A stretch of DNA of 64,000 nucleotides from positions 5,166-69,165 of the forward strand of contig CAMCBN010000003.1 in NCBI GenBank assembly GCA_945873065.1, read 5' to 3'. Positions 9,159-19,672 of this stretch are shown one piece after another (positions within the stretch are counted from its first letter, which is position 1; each line of letters begins with the position of its first letter). The notes under the pieces were generated by a model. That model worked only from the letters and a program-made list of their open reading frames with translations, was not told the origin of the DNA and did no database searches. The position numbers and the translations under genes were made by a program. Source of the stretch: an uncultured Candidatus Saccharibacteria bacterium (GTDB lineage Bacteria; Patescibacteriota; Saccharimonadia; Saccharimonadales; Saccharimonadaceae).

Positions 9159-10640
9159 GTGAGTCAGGCATTATACCGAAAATACCGCAGTAAGTCGCTC
9201 GACGAGATCGTTGGGCAACCACATATTACGACGATCCTCAAACGGGCTATTGCTCGTAGTGTCATTGCTCATGCATACTTATTAACCGGACCGCGCGGCG
9301 TTGGCAAGACATCAATCGCTCGAATTTTAGCTCATGAGATCAATCATATACCATATATCGGTGAGTCGACTCATCTCGATATTATTGAAATTGATGCGGC
9401 CAGTAATAATTCAGTAGAAGATATACGCGACCTACGCAAAAAAGCACAAATCGCACCAGTCAGCGCCGCCAAAAAAATATATATCATCGATGAAGTACAC
9501 ATGTTGAGCAAATCGGCATTCAATGCGCTACTAAAGACTCTAGAGGAGCCCCCTGAACACGTAGTATTCATCCTCGCTACAACTGACGCTGACAAGCTAC
9601 CAGCCACAATCTTGAGTCGGGTGCAGCGTTTTAATTTTCGGTCTATCAGCGTGGGTGATATAGTACATCATCTGACGACGATCGCCAAATCTGAGCAGAT
9701 CGATATTACCCCTGAAGCACTAACGCTGATAGCACAGCATGGCGATGGGAGTTTTCGTGATAGTATTAGCCTGCTCGACCAAGCACGCTCATTAAGCGAT
9801 CAGACTATCGACTACGATATGGTAGCAGGCATGCTAGGATTAGCTGACGAAGCGATACTATCAAAGCTACTGGAGGCTCGTCAGACGAAAGATGTAGCTA
9901 AGATAGCTCGATTGATCGATCAAGCCGAGCAGAGCGGGGTGCCAGCTGATATCTTGGCTGATCAATTAATACAAATGATTCGCCAGCAGGTAGTGTCATC
10001 GCCTACCCTCGTCCCTCTCCTCGATGAATTACTCGAGGTGCGACACGCTACCTGGCCACAAGTCAAACTACTCACAGTCCTATCGCGTCAGGCATCGACT
10101 GAATCGTCTGAGCAATCAAACGCACTACCTCAAGAGGATGTTTCGCCAACGACAGCCACCAGTCATGTCGAATCTCCGCCAGCAGAATATCATTACCACA
10201 CTTCGTCGGATCTAGATCAGTCTACAGAGATCGAGAAAATACCTACTCCTACACCAAACACACAAAATACAAATACCGGTAGTAATCCCAGCTCGATACT
10301 ACCACCAAAGGAAGAATCACCACATACACCGCCAATTCATGAATTTCCTTGGCAAAAATTCACCGATGCATTAAACGGAAAGATAGGCGCGTATACTATG
10401 CTAGTCCGCGCTGATTATATCTTTGACGGGGCGACTTTGCAAATTTTTGCGGGTCGGAAATTCGCTAAGACACAACTAGACAAGTCATTGCCGATCTTGA
10501 CACAAACCGCCCAATCGCTTGGATTCAACGATATAGACATCACAATACTACCATCCGCAAAACCACCACAGGATAGCCAAAAAGCAGCTATCCTTGCTAT
10601 GATGGGGGGAGGAGAAGAGATCACTATCGATGCCGAATAA
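9159..10640 (+). CDS. dnaX: DNA polymerase III subunit gamma/tau
   Basis: LYRKYR, GPRGVGKTS Walker A, EIDAASN, IIDEVHML, NALLKTLEEPP; GTG start with SD. Confidence 0.97.
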   Translation: MSQALYRKYRSKSLDEIVGQPHITTILKRAIARSVIAHAYLLTGPRGVGKTSIARILAHEINHIPYIGESTHLDIIEIDAASNNSVEDIRDLRKKAQIAPVSAAKKIYIIDEVHMLSKSAFNALLKTLEEPPEHVVFILATTDADKLPATILSRVQRFNFRSISVGDIVHHLTTIAKSEQIDITPEALTLIAQHGDGSFRDSISLLDQARSLSDQTIDYDMVAGMLGLADEAILSKLLEARQTKDVAKIARLIDQAEQSGVPADILADQLIQMIRQQVVSSPTLVPLLDELLEVRHATWPQVKLLTVLSRQASTESSEQSNALPQEDVSPTTATSHVESPPAEYHYHTSSDLDQSTEIEKIPTPTPNTQNTNTGSNPSSILPPKEESPHTPPIHEFPWQKFTDALNGKIGAYTMLVRADYIFDGATLQIFAGRKFAKTQLDKSLPILTQTAQSLGFNDIDITILPSAKPPQDSQKAAILAMMGGGEEITIDAE

Positions 10641-11985
10641 TAACACCCAAACCAATCCAGCTAAAGTCCCCCCACAAAGTCTTGATGCCGAGATGAGCTT
10701 ACTCGGAGCAGCGCTGATAGATGATAATGTACTAGCCGATGCTAGTGAGTTACTGACATCGAAGGATTTTTATGATAAGCGTCACCAATTAATCTTCGCC
10801 GCTATGATGCGGCTATACGAACGACATAAGCCTGTTGACCTCCTCACGGTAACAGACCAGCTGCAAAACAAAGACCAGCTCGAGACTATCGGTGGATCGG
10901 CTTATCTCACAGAATTAACGAACTATGTACCGACAGCCGCTCATGCAAGGAGCTACGCCGAGATCATCGCACAAAAAGCAGTGCGACGCCGATTGATCAA
11001 GGTGAGTGCCGATATCAGCCAACTCGGTTTTGACGAGGAAACATCGACACAAGAGCTGCTAGAAAAGGCCGAGGCAGAATTATTCAGCGTATCCGACCAG
11101 TCACTCAAGCAAGATCTAGTCAGTCTAGAAAGTATCCTGACTGACAGTTTCGATCGAATCGAAGAGCTGCATCGCAATAAAGGGCAGCTACGTGGCATCC
11201 GGACAGGATATCGTGATCTTGACACGATGACAGCTGGATTACAGCGTTCAGACTTGATAGTTATCGCTGCTCGACCAGCGATGGGGAAGACTACTCTGGT
11301 GACAAATCTCGCCTACAACGTAGCAACGATAGCTAAACTACCCGTACTATTTTTTAGCTTAGAGATGAGCAAAGAGCAGCTAACTGATCGTATGTTAGCC
11401 GATGCCAGCGGTGTAGATAGCTGGAACATCCGCACCGGTAACCTCAGTGACGATGACTGGGCAAAGCTGTCCGACGCGATGGGAGAAATGGCAGAGGCAC
11501 CGATTTTTATTGATGATACACCAGGGTTGAGTGTCCTTGAGATGCGCACCAAAGCGCGCCGTGCCATGCACGATCAACCACTGGGACTGGTGATAGTCGA
11601 CTACCTTCAGCTGATGCAAGCTAATGGTAACCATCAGGGTAATCGCGTACAAGAAGTGTCGGAAATTTCTCGTGGACTGAAATTGATCGCTCGTGAACTT
11701 AATGTACCAGTGATCGCTCTTAGTCAGCTTAGCCGTACAGTCGAAAGTCGCAATCCACCGATACCGCAATTAGCCGACTTGCGTGAATCCGGGTCGATCG
11801 AACAGGACGCCGACATAGTCAGTTTCATCTATCGTCCTGGTTATTACGAGCCCGACAACCCCGAAGTACAAAACATTACCGATCTCATCATCGCCAAGCA
11901 CCGTAATGGACCTGTTGGCAAAATTCAGCTGTACTTCCACCCTGAGCGTTTACGCTTTATGAGCCTCGACAAACGCCACGAATAG
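10630..11985 (+). CDS. dnaB: Replicative DNA helicase
   Basis: PPQSLDAE, AARPAMGKT, FSLEMS, VDYLQL, LSQLSR, LRESGSIEQDAD; overlaps dnaX by 11 nt. Confidence 0.98.
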   Translation: MPNNNTQTNPAKVPPQSLDAEMSLLGAALIDDNVLADASELLTSKDFYDKRHQLIFAAMMRLYERHKPVDLLTVTDQLQNKDQLETIGGSAYLTELTNYVPTAAHARSYAEIIAQKAVRRRLIKVSADISQLGFDEETSTQELLEKAEAELFSVSDQSLKQDLVSLESILTDSFDRIEELHRNKGQLRGIRTGYRDLDTMTAGLQRSDLIVIAARPAMGKTTLVTNLAYNVATIAKLPVLFFSLEMSKEQLTDRMLADASGVDSWNIRTGNLSDDDWAKLSDAMGEMAEAPIFIDDTPGLSVLEMRTKARRAMHDQPLGLVIVDYLQLMQANGNHQGNRVQEVSEISRGLKLIARELNVPVIALSQLSRTVESRNPPIPQLADLRESGSIEQDADIVSFIYRPGYYEPDNPEVQNITDLIIAKHRNGPVGKIQLYFHPERLRFMSLDKRHE

Positions 11986-12068
11986 ACTTAGCGATTGAGC
12001 CCCCTTGTCCAAGAGAAACACACTACATGAGGGTAGCTGGTATTTCTGGTATAAGGTATAATAACTAC

Positions 12069-13526
12069 ATGCACAGACAAGTGACTGACTACACCTTATA
12101 TCGCTGGCGTTATGGTATCGCCTATTGTTTTGCAACTATAGCAGTGGTAGCTGCTGTACTTGTCGCCGGATTATTTATTCCTGGAGAGATACGGTCGGGC
12201 GAAATAGAATCTTCTATAACGAGTAGCGAGCTGTCCTTTCAAAATCTAACCCCTGTCATGATCGTTGGTTCGCCGTACTATATTTTGCAAAAAGTGAGCT
12301 TTATTCTGCTAGGTGTTACGCCGCTGAGTATCAAGTTACCATCGATGATATTAGCGCTGGCGACAGCTCTCGGCCTGTTATTATTGTTTCGTGCATGGTT
12401 TACGCGTAGTATTGCCATTATTACGATACTTTTAGTGGCGCTGTCGGCTCAGTTCCTATTTTTGGCACAAGATGGTACGCCTAGTATCGCCTTTAGTTGT
12501 CTTACAGTATGGCTTTTGTATGCAGCGACGCAGGCTGTTCGTACCAAAAAAATGTCATCGACTTTGTGGAAAGTAGTCGCTTGTGTGCTAGCGGCGTTAT
12601 TGTTGTATATACCATTAGGTATATACGTAGTAGCAGCTCTTGGTGTGCTGGCAGTATTCCATCCACATGCTCGCTATACAGTGCTGCGAGTGCAACGAAC
12701 ACGGCTTTTTGCTGCGGTATTGGTCGGTGGCATCGCACTATTACCTCTGATTTATGCTATATTGACTGATCACACAGTAGCCAAACAGCTACTAGGCCTA
12801 CCGCTACAAGCGGTAGATGTCGCGGCGAACGTTAAGCAGCTGATCATTGCGCTATTTGGCGCTACTGCTCCAGGTACATCATATCTCGTACAACCACTCC
12901 ACTCGATCGGCATGGTTTTAATGATGATCATCGGCTTTGGCTACCTCATAAACCATTATTACACTGCACGAAGTTATGCGTTGCTTTTGATAGGTTTGTC
13001 GCTATTCGGGATAGTGATCATCAACCCAGAACGTATAACAGCACTCTTCCCAGCGAGTGCGATTTTGGTAGCATTTAGTGTTGCTTGGCTAGTAAATCAC
13101 TGGTATAGCATGTTTCCACGTAACCCATATGCTCGCGTGACAGGACTACTACCAATAGTCGTACTAATTAGCGGTCTAGCTTTTGCTGGTATAAATCGAT
13201 ATATAGAGACCTACCGCTACAATCCAGAGATTTTAGCCCACTACTCAAGTGATTTACAACTCATCACCAATCGCCTACAACGCCAAGATGTCCAACCAGA
13301 CCAGCCGCTCCTACTCGCAGTCACAGATAACGAGCACTTACTATACCACATTACAGCTCGATACAACGATCGACTGCGTGTCACTACAGCGGTCCCGAAA
13401 GGACAGAAGTTCTTGGCGACGCGCGCCTTTCGTCGGCAGCACAGCCTGGGGCAGCCGAGCGACATTATAGCAAACGCTCGATCAGTCGATAGCGATAGAT
13501 TTTATGGCTATAGTCAAATACCGTGA
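12069..13526 (+). CDS. Polytopic membrane glycosyltransferase (GT-C, ArnT/GT39-like)
   Basis: Many hydrophobic segments; SPYYILQK...GVTPLSIKLPS pattern; TATAAT 6 nt upstream of ATG 12069. Confidence 0.65.
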   Translation: MHRQVTDYTLYRWRYGIAYCFATIAVVAAVLVAGLFIPGEIRSGEIESSITSSELSFQNLTPVMIVGSPYYILQKVSFILLGVTPLSIKLPSMILALATALGLLLLFRAWFTRSIAIITILLVALSAQFLFLAQDGTPSIAFSCLTVWLLYAATQAVRTKKMSSTLWKVVACVLAALLLYIPLGIYVVAALGVLAVFHPHARYTVLRVQRTRLFAAVLVGGIALLPLIYAILTDHTVAKQLLGLPLQAVDVAANVKQLIIALFGATAPGTSYLVQPLHSIGMVLMMIIGFGYLINHYYTARSYALLLIGLSLFGIVIINPERITALFPASAILVAFSVAWLVNHWYSMFPRNPYARVTGLLPIVVLISGLAFAGINRYIETYRYNPEILAHYSSDLQLITNRLQRQDVQPDQPLLLAVTDNEHLLYHITARYNDRLRVTTAVPKGQKFLATRAFRRQHSLGQPSDIIANARSVDSDRFYGYSQIP

Positions 13527-13638
13527 AGTGGCGTGTGTGCTATTTATATAGTTCGTGGGGATCCTGTTTTTGAGTTGATGTCACTGATCGTGTATAATAA
13601 GCAAGAATGACAATCAAAAACGGAGGAATATCAATACG

Positions 13639-13929
13639 ATGGCGTTTGATCAAGTGAAAATGCTGCAAAAACTGCGTAAGGCGCAAAAACAATTAGGCAA
13701 AGAAATCATTGAAGTTGAGGCTGGCGATGGCGCGGTTGTCGTTCAGGTGACTGGCGAACTGAAGATTAAATCGGTGAAAATTAACCCGGAGATGGTCGAC
13801 CTTGACAATATTGAGCAGCTCGAGCACTGGGTTCAAATCGCGGTGCGCGATGGTCTGGCTAAGGCGCAAGAAGTTGCCGCAGAAACTATGAAGCCGCTGA
13901 TGGGCGGGCTGGGCAATCTAGGCCTATAA
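13639..13929 (+). CDS. ybaB: YbaB/EbfC nucleoid-associated protein
   Basis: EAGDGAVVVQVTGELKIKSVKI; directly upstream of recR; SD GGAGG. Confidence 0.92.
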   Translation: MAFDQVKMLQKLRKAQKQLGKEIIEVEAGDGAVVVQVTGELKIKSVKINPEMVDLDNIEQLEHWVQIAVRDGLAKAQEVAAETMKPLMGGLGNLGL

Positions 13930-13938
13930 CAATTTCTT

Positions 13939-14556
13939 ATGGCAACAAAAATTTTGCCAGCGGCATTAGAGCGGCTGATTGAGGAATTTGGCAATTTACC
14001 AGGCGTTGGACCGCGCACAGCGGAGCGCTATGCATACGCCGTTTTGCGGCGCGACCCAACTCAGGCTGAGCGTTTGGCGCGTGCCCTTAATGAACTACAC
14101 CGTCGGGTTAAAACCTGTCCGGTGACGTTTGCCTTGATCGACGCCGAAGAAGAAGTATCGCCGCTATATACGGATGAGGCGCGCAATAAACAGCTCGTCT
14201 GCGTGGTCGAAGAGCCGCTCGACATCGTGGCGCTGGAGCGCACGGGGCAATACCACGGCACCTACCATGTGCTGGGCGGAGCGATTTCGCCGATTGACGG
14301 TATTGGGCCGGAGCAATTACATATTCCCGAACTGATCGAGCGCTGCAAAAACGACCAGGTCGCCGAAATCATCATAGCCACCAACGCCTCCGTTGAAGGC
14401 GAATCGACCGCGCTTTTCCTCCAGCGCTATATCCAAGAAGCCAGCCTAAAAATTACCATCTCGCGTCTGGCTCGCGGCATCCCCGTCGGCGTCGACCTCG
14501 AATACGCCGATCAAATCACCTTGACGCACGCGCTGGAAGGGCGGCGCACATTGTAG
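13939..14556 (+). CDS. recR: Recombination mediator RecR
   Basis: LPGVGPRTAER, CVVEEPLD, YHVLGGAISP, ATNASVEGEST, LARGIPVG. Confidence 0.97.
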   Translation: MATKILPAALERLIEEFGNLPGVGPRTAERYAYAVLRRDPTQAERLARALNELHRRVKTCPVTFALIDAEEEVSPLYTDEARNKQLVCVVEEPLDIVALERTGQYHGTYHVLGGAISPIDGIGPEQLHIPELIERCKNDQVAEIIIATNASVEGESTALFLQRYIQEASLKITISRLARGIPVGVDLEYADQITLTHALEGRRTL

Positions 14557-14574
14557 ATCTGTTATAATTTATAT

Positions 14575-15564
14575 ATGTTTGATGAAGCGAAGCAACTGAT
14601 TGGTGCAGCGACGAAAATTGTCATAATCCAAGCCGAAAATCCCGACGGCGATAGCTTAGGGTCGGCACTGGCGCTGGAGGAAATCCTCGGCGACCTCGGC
14701 AAGTCGGTTTGTTTATATTGCCCAGTCGATATTCCGAAATATTTGCGTTATATCAAGGGCTGGGATCGAGTTTTGGGCGATTTTCCATCGGGCGCAGAGC
14801 TAGCGATCATCGTTGACACTAGTGCAGATATATTGCTCAGTAAAGTTTTAGAGACGCCCGGTGCGCGGCATTTTCTCGAGACGCACCCGGTACTAGTGCT
14901 GGACCACCACGCCACCGACAGCACGCTGAGTTTCGACCATACCATGATCAGCCAGAACGTGGTAGCGACCGGGGAGCTAATTTACAATCTGGCGCGCGAG
15001 GCTGGCTGGGCGATTAATCCGCAAGCCGCCGAAGACTTACTCATTGCCATCATGTCCGACAGCCTCGGCCTGACCACGCCAAACACCAGTGCCGCAACCT
15101 TCCGCGTGGCGGGCGAATTAACTGCGCTGGGCGCTTCTAATGCTGAGATTGAGGAGCGCCGCCGTGAATTTATGAAAAAATCGCCGGAGATTTTGGCGTA
15201 TAAAGGCAAGCTGATTGAGAGAATCGAATATTTGCTCGACGGGCAATTAGCACTGGTGCATGTGCCGTTTGAAGAAATCCAAGAGTATAGCGATGCCTAC
15301 AACCCGGGGGCGCTGATCGGCGACGAACTACGGCTGGTCGAAGGCGTGGCGCTTTCTTGCGTCATCAAAACCTATCCCGACGGCAAACTAACCGCCCGCC
15401 TGCGCGGCAACCTGCCAATTGCCGACACCGTCGCTGGCTACTTCGGCGGCGGCGGACACCCGTACGCAGCGGGATTCAGGGTGTATGAAGATTATGACAC
15501 TATTATTCGCGAACTGGTGGAGGCGACAGATAGAGCTTTGAGCGAAGTAAAAATTCTTAAATAA
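14575..15564 (+). CDS. DHH/DHHA1 phosphoesterase (NrnA-like)
   Basis: NPDGDSLGS, IVDTS, LDHH, GGGGHPYAAG. Confidence 0.92.
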   Translation: MFDEAKQLIGAATKIVIIQAENPDGDSLGSALALEEILGDLGKSVCLYCPVDIPKYLRYIKGWDRVLGDFPSGAELAIIVDTSADILLSKVLETPGARHFLETHPVLVLDHHATDSTLSFDHTMISQNVVATGELIYNLAREAGWAINPQAAEDLLIAIMSDSLGLTTPNTSAATFRVAGELTALGASNAEIEERRREFMKKSPEILAYKGKLIERIEYLLDGQLALVHVPFEEIQEYSDAYNPGALIGDELRLVEGVALSCVIKTYPDGKLTARLRGNLPIADTVAGYFGGGGHPYAAGFRVYEDYDTIIRELVEATDRALSEVKILK

Positions 15565-15606
15565 CCAAAACCTTACCCGATTTTGGCATCATTTTTGACA
15601 AAACCG

Positions 15607-15640
15607 TTGACTTTTTGTTCTATTATTGATACATATATCA
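15607..15640 (+). promoter_or_regulatory. Cassette-type promoter (TTGACT-N17-TACATA, extended -10)
   Basis: TTGACT 15607-15612, TGATACATATAT; very similar to 19524-19553 and 39396-39427. Confidence 0.6.
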
Positions 15641-15749
15641 GCTTTTGCAATCAGCGAGAGCCGACATCTCCTTCATAGCCATTGAAGTTGAGATGTGTCA
15701 TTTCGCGGAGAAATACGTTTTCTTCGCCCGACTCCATGAGGAGTTCATC

Positions 15750-16004
15750 ATGGCAAATCCGCAGACCGACCCTAACTTCGGCAACGGAGAGGTCGGAGGA
15801 GACAACAGCTGGATGTCGCCCGTCTACGGCACAACTGCCGACGGCGACCCGGTGACTGTCTCTTTCGGTCAGGGATCTCGCGACGGACATATCGGTATCG
15901 CCAGTGGTCACGTCAGTGGCTCTGAGTACTATAGCCCTGGCGGGCACGACCATTTCGGCCCGAATGGTGAGCCGTTCGGAGATCGCGGAGCCTACAACGG
16001 CTAG
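15750..16004 (+). CDS. Small Gly/Asp-rich orphan protein (84 aa)
   Basis: SD GAGGAG before ATG 15750; coherent composition; 3' part of the listed 119-aa ORF. Confidence 0.65.
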   Translation: MANPQTDPNFGNGEVGGDNSWMSPVYGTTADGDPVTVSFGQGSRDGHIGIASGHVSGSEYYSPGGHDHFGPNGEPFGDRGAYNG

Positions 16005-16006
16005 CC

Positions 16007-16039
16007 GTGTCAGTCCTGAGTATGACGCTAAACTGCTCA
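16007..16039 (+). ncRNA. Candidate H-type pseudoknot in 3' UTR
   Basis: S1 GTGTCA(16007-12)/TGACGC(16023-28); S2 TGAGTA(16017-22)/TGCTCA(16034-39); paired by eye. Confidence 0.5.
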
Positions 16040-16063
16040 CTTGCCTTGTAGTAATATATAATT

Positions 16064-16297
16064 ATGAAAGAAAAACTACTAGATCTAGCCGATTTACTGG
16101 CAAAACGAAACGACGCCGAAGGACTGACGCTTTTGCGCAATATTACGCTTGAGCTATTTTCTTCGGGGTATAAAGTTGAGGGTCTTAGTTTACTTGAGCT
16201 AAACGAATACATCGACGAGGCGCAAGCGGTGATAAAGGCTGGTAAAAGTTCAGAGGAAATCCTAACATCGCCGATTCGAAAACTTATCGATCAATAG
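16064..16297 (+). CDS. Hypothetical protein (77 aa)
   Basis: Helical protein-like ORF; TAATAT 6 nt upstream of ATG. Confidence 0.6.
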   Translation: MKEKLLDLADLLAKRNDAEGLTLLRNITLELFSSGYKVEGLSLLELNEYIDEAQAVIKAGKSSEEILTSPIRKLIDQ

Positions 16298-16385
16298 AGA
16301 TTCGTGAGCTGGTGGTACATCTTGTCGGTATTTATTGCTAGACGTAATGCACTATATGTTGATACAATTTGGCACAATAACAAAC

Positions 16386-16976
16386 ATGGACACTCCTCGC
16401 GCTACTCAGCTTGTACGTCAAGCGACGGCCGATTTTTGGCAAGAAAAAACAGCGGAGATTAACGATGTCGCTAGTTTGGAAAAATTTGTCAATGATTATC
16501 TTGCGCTTTTGGGATGTGAATATGATTTTGCGGTAGCGAAAGCTCTAACTCAACTGCGAACCAACAGTCTAGCCGCACCGTTAGCGGAAAAAGTCGCAAA
16601 AATTACACTGCTAGCAAACGAAATTTGTGCCAAACCACCCGCCGAAAAGCGCCGCACATTATGGCAGAATATAGCTACAATCACCAACTATGCCGAGCCA
16701 ATACTCGCCAGTCTCGCCATTAAACTTCAATCACGCAAAGATGTCGTGAACTATTTACAATCTACAATGGAACACTCGGTGCTTTGGCCTAAGAATGATG
16801 TCGCTTATAAGATCGTTAACGTTGCGGCTCATTACAATATCGACGAGAACGATCAACCATTGTACAAAGTGTGGGATTTAGCAACAGAGCTAGAAATAAT
16901 GCCACCTGGCGAAACTGTATTCGATGAAAAATGGCAAAGCTTGGCGTCTTTGGTTACTTCTCTAAAAAGATGTTAG
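16386..16976 (+). CDS. Hypothetical protein
   Basis: Long ORF; ATG 16386 preferred over TTG 16335; no motif recognised. Confidence 0.6.
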   Translation: MDTPRATQLVRQATADFWQEKTAEINDVASLEKFVNDYLALLGCEYDFAVAKALTQLRTNSLAAPLAEKVAKITLLANEICAKPPAEKRRTLWQNIATITNYAEPILASLAIKLQSRKDVVNYLQSTMEHSVLWPKNDVAYKIVNVAAHYNIDENDQPLYKVWDLATELEIMPPGETVFDEKWQSLASLVTSLKRC

Positions 16977-17023
16977 GGTGGACGAACTCTTCCGTCCACA
17001 TCACCTGTGTTATTATCAAATTA

Positions 17024-17929
17024 ATGAAACGACTTTTATTACTCAAGCAAACCAATTCTCCCGTCACAGCACATTTGTATGAGCATATGACGATGAACGC
17101 CCTGAAAAGGCTCGCTTGTAAGGCGGATCTTTTTAAGCAGATTGATTATTTTTTCCTTGGCACAAACTATACCAAAACGGGGCTTATAACTATCGATATT
17201 GACCTATATACAGATGAGTCAACCAGATTAGAAAAATCACTGCAAAATATAAAAACACCAATCACCGAAGAAACTATCCAGCTAGCTATGCAACAAATTG
17301 CTGCCGAAACCGAACAAATTATCGTCTGTGACGATGCGACCAAACTGAAGCATAGCCTTAACACCCTTAACGACAAAGCTTGGCAATCTCTTGAGACAGC
17401 GGACACCATAAATACGACCAACCATCTGTTCAAAAATGAAAACATAAAACAAGTCGACGAACCTGCGCTGACGGTCGATCACATTACGTATGCATTGACT
17501 GGAACGTTGCCGGATGACGACACACTGAAGCCGCTGTTTTATTACCTGACTAGCGCTATCCACAGCACAGTAGCAGATATTGCGAATCATCAACTCGGCT
17601 ATTACGAAACGAGTAGATCTTTTAGTTGTCATGGAAACCGCGCAATGTGCACTAATGAGTTTGCTGCAATGCGTCATCTTATTAATAATGTAGAGCTAGA
17701 AAGATCGTATCATAACATCATCGAAAAGATAATCAAACCAGCCAATCTATCTCGTATCATAGGGCGACTGAAGTCTTTCTCGTATACAAACGGAACTCTA
17801 GACACCCCAAACATTGATCTATTCGAAAAAAACGTTGGCGTAATTATTGGTCCAAAAATCTGGCAAAATCTAGCAGATGAAGGATTGATCACAAGGCTAT
17901 TGACTAACTTTAAACTTGAGCAAATATGA
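17024..17929 (+). CDS. Hypothetical protein with N-terminal HxxEH (M16 peptidase-like) motif
   Basis: TAHLYEHM near N-terminus; TATTAT 7 nt upstream of ATG 17024. Confidence 0.55.
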   Translation: MKRLLLLKQTNSPVTAHLYEHMTMNALKRLACKADLFKQIDYFFLGTNYTKTGLITIDIDLYTDESTRLEKSLQNIKTPITEETIQLAMQQIAAETEQIIVCDDATKLKHSLNTLNDKAWQSLETADTINTTNHLFKNENIKQVDEPALTVDHITYALTGTLPDDDTLKPLFYYLTSAIHSTVADIANHQLGYYETSRSFSCHGNRAMCTNEFAAMRHLINNVELERSYHNIIEKIIKPANLSRIIGRLKSFSYTNGTLDTPNIDLFEKNVGVIIGPKIWQNLADEGLITRLLTNFKLEQI

Positions 17930-18004
17930 CTAGCCTGATTAGTTCATAATACTGAAACAGAGCAAAAATAGCTAATCCTGCTATTTTCCTGTAAAATAAA
18001 ATAG

Positions 18005-19441
18005 ATGAAACTCTACAACACCCTGACGCGCCGCAAAGACGAACTGAAGCCGCTCGATGGCAATACCGTAAAAATATACACCTGCGGGCTGACAGTGTAC
18101 AGCCAGCCGCACATCGGCAATTGGGTCGGCTATATTTATTGGGACGCGTTGGTGCGTTTGCTGCGCCATCAGGGTTATAACGTGATTCGCACGCAGAACA
18201 TTACCGATGTTGGACACTTGACTAGCGACGACGATAATGGCGAGGATAAGATGGAGCAGGGCGCTCAGCGCGAGGGCAAAACTGCGTGGGATGTAGCCGA
18301 GAAATATATAGAAATCGCCGAGCGTGAGGCGTATGATGTTTTGAAATTAATTCGGCCAGATCATTTGGTGCGAGCGACGGATTACATCGACCAGCAAATT
18401 GCGTTTGCGCGCGAGCTAGAAGAAAAGGGATTTACCTATATCATCGACGGCGACGGACTGTATTTTGACACCAGTAAATTGGCAAACTACGGCGCGTTGG
18501 CGCGGCTGGATATCAACGGTCTAGAAGCCGGCGCACGGGTCAGCGTGGCAGGCAAAAAGAATATCACCGACTTTGCCGTCTGGAAATTTTCACCAACCAA
18601 CAAACGGCGCGACATGGAGTGGGACAGCCCGTGGGGCAAGGGCTTTCCAGGCTGGCATCTCGAGTGTTCGGTCATTGCCCGCGAAACCTTGGGCGACCAG
18701 ATCGACATTCACACTGGCGGTATCGACCACATCCCGGTGCACCACGTCAACGAAATCGCCCAGACAGAAAGCGTGACCGGCCAGCAATTTGCCCAGATGT
18801 GGCTGCACAATAATCACATCAAAGTAGACGGGCGCAAGATGAGCAAGTCGCTCGGCAATATTATTACGCTGGATGATATCACGGCGCGCGGCTTCGACCC
18901 GATGGCGTTCAAACTGGCGATTCTCAGCAAACACTACCAAACGGAGGGCAATTTTACCTGGGAGATTCTGGAAGCGGCGGCGGCGCGGCTGGACAATTGG
19001 CGCGGGCGTGCGGTACTGCGCTGGCAAACGCACGACACGTTGGTGGACGATGACGACAAGGATGAGCGCGAGGGCAGCGTATCGCTACTGGCGGCCAAGC
19101 AAGCGCTGATTGAACGATTGGCAGACGACCTGGATACGCCGGGCGCGCTGGCGCTGATTGACGAGAGCTTCAACCGGCTGGATCATGTCAGGCTGGAGCG
19201 AATTCACCGTGCGGCGCTGGTGGAATTTCTGGAGCTGATCGACGAACTGCTGGGATTGGAGCTATTGAATTCGACGCCGGATATTTCTGATGATGCTAAA
19301 CGAACGCTGCTGGCTCGGCAACGGGCGCGCGAAGATAAAGATTGGACGAGCGCCGACCAGCTGCGAGGAGAATTAGCAGAACAGGGAATTGCGGTGCGCG
19401 ACACACCGGGCGGGCAAATTTGGACGTACAACGCACAGTAA
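18005..19441 (+). CDS. cysS: Cysteine--tRNA ligase
   Basis: YTCGLTVY...HIGN, NITDVGH, PGWHLECS, DIHTGGIDH, KMSKS. Confidence 0.97.
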   Translation: MKLYNTLTRRKDELKPLDGNTVKIYTCGLTVYSQPHIGNWVGYIYWDALVRLLRHQGYNVIRTQNITDVGHLTSDDDNGEDKMEQGAQREGKTAWDVAEKYIEIAEREAYDVLKLIRPDHLVRATDYIDQQIAFARELEEKGFTYIIDGDGLYFDTSKLANYGALARLDINGLEAGARVSVAGKKNITDFAVWKFSPTNKRRDMEWDSPWGKGFPGWHLECSVIARETLGDQIDIHTGGIDHIPVHHVNEIAQTESVTGQQFAQMWLHNNHIKVDGRKMSKSLGNIITLDDITARGFDPMAFKLAILSKHYQTEGNFTWEILEAAAARLDNWRGRAVLRWQTHDTLVDDDDKDEREGSVSLLAAKQALIERLADDLDTPGALALIDESFNRLDHVRLERIHRAALVEFLELIDELLGLELLNSTPDISDDAKRTLLARQRAREDKDWTSADQLRGELAEQGIAVRDTPGGQIWTYNAQ

Positions 19442-19501
19442 TTTGAGCCCGAAGTGCCACTTTTTCATCAGGTTTTCCATTAAATCTCACCTCTGTTACA
19501 G

Positions 19502-19534
19502 CCAAAAGTCAATGCAAGAAGCATTGACTTTTGG
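19502..19534. repeat. Perfect 14-bp inverted repeat overlapping the -35 box of a cassette promoter
   Basis: CCAAAAGTCAATGC-aagaa-GCATTGACTTTTGG; right arm contains TTGACT (19524-29), with TGATACATATAC downstream. Confidence 0.85.
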
Positions 19535-19672
19535 TTTCAATATGATACATATACATTAGCCTTTTTGATAGATTTCAAAAATCTGTCAAGTGGCGCTTCG
19601 TCCTTGGAGCAGATCTCCAGGGGCTTGAGGTGCCAAAGGCTGGCACCTCTACATCGAAGAAAGGATAGCATT

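Noticed and set aside
9438-9444. AAAAAAG slippery site in dnaX (gamma/tau frameshift)
   Set aside because: Phase is AAA-AAA-G rather than A-AAA-AAG, and it lies inside the ATPase domain at codon 94.
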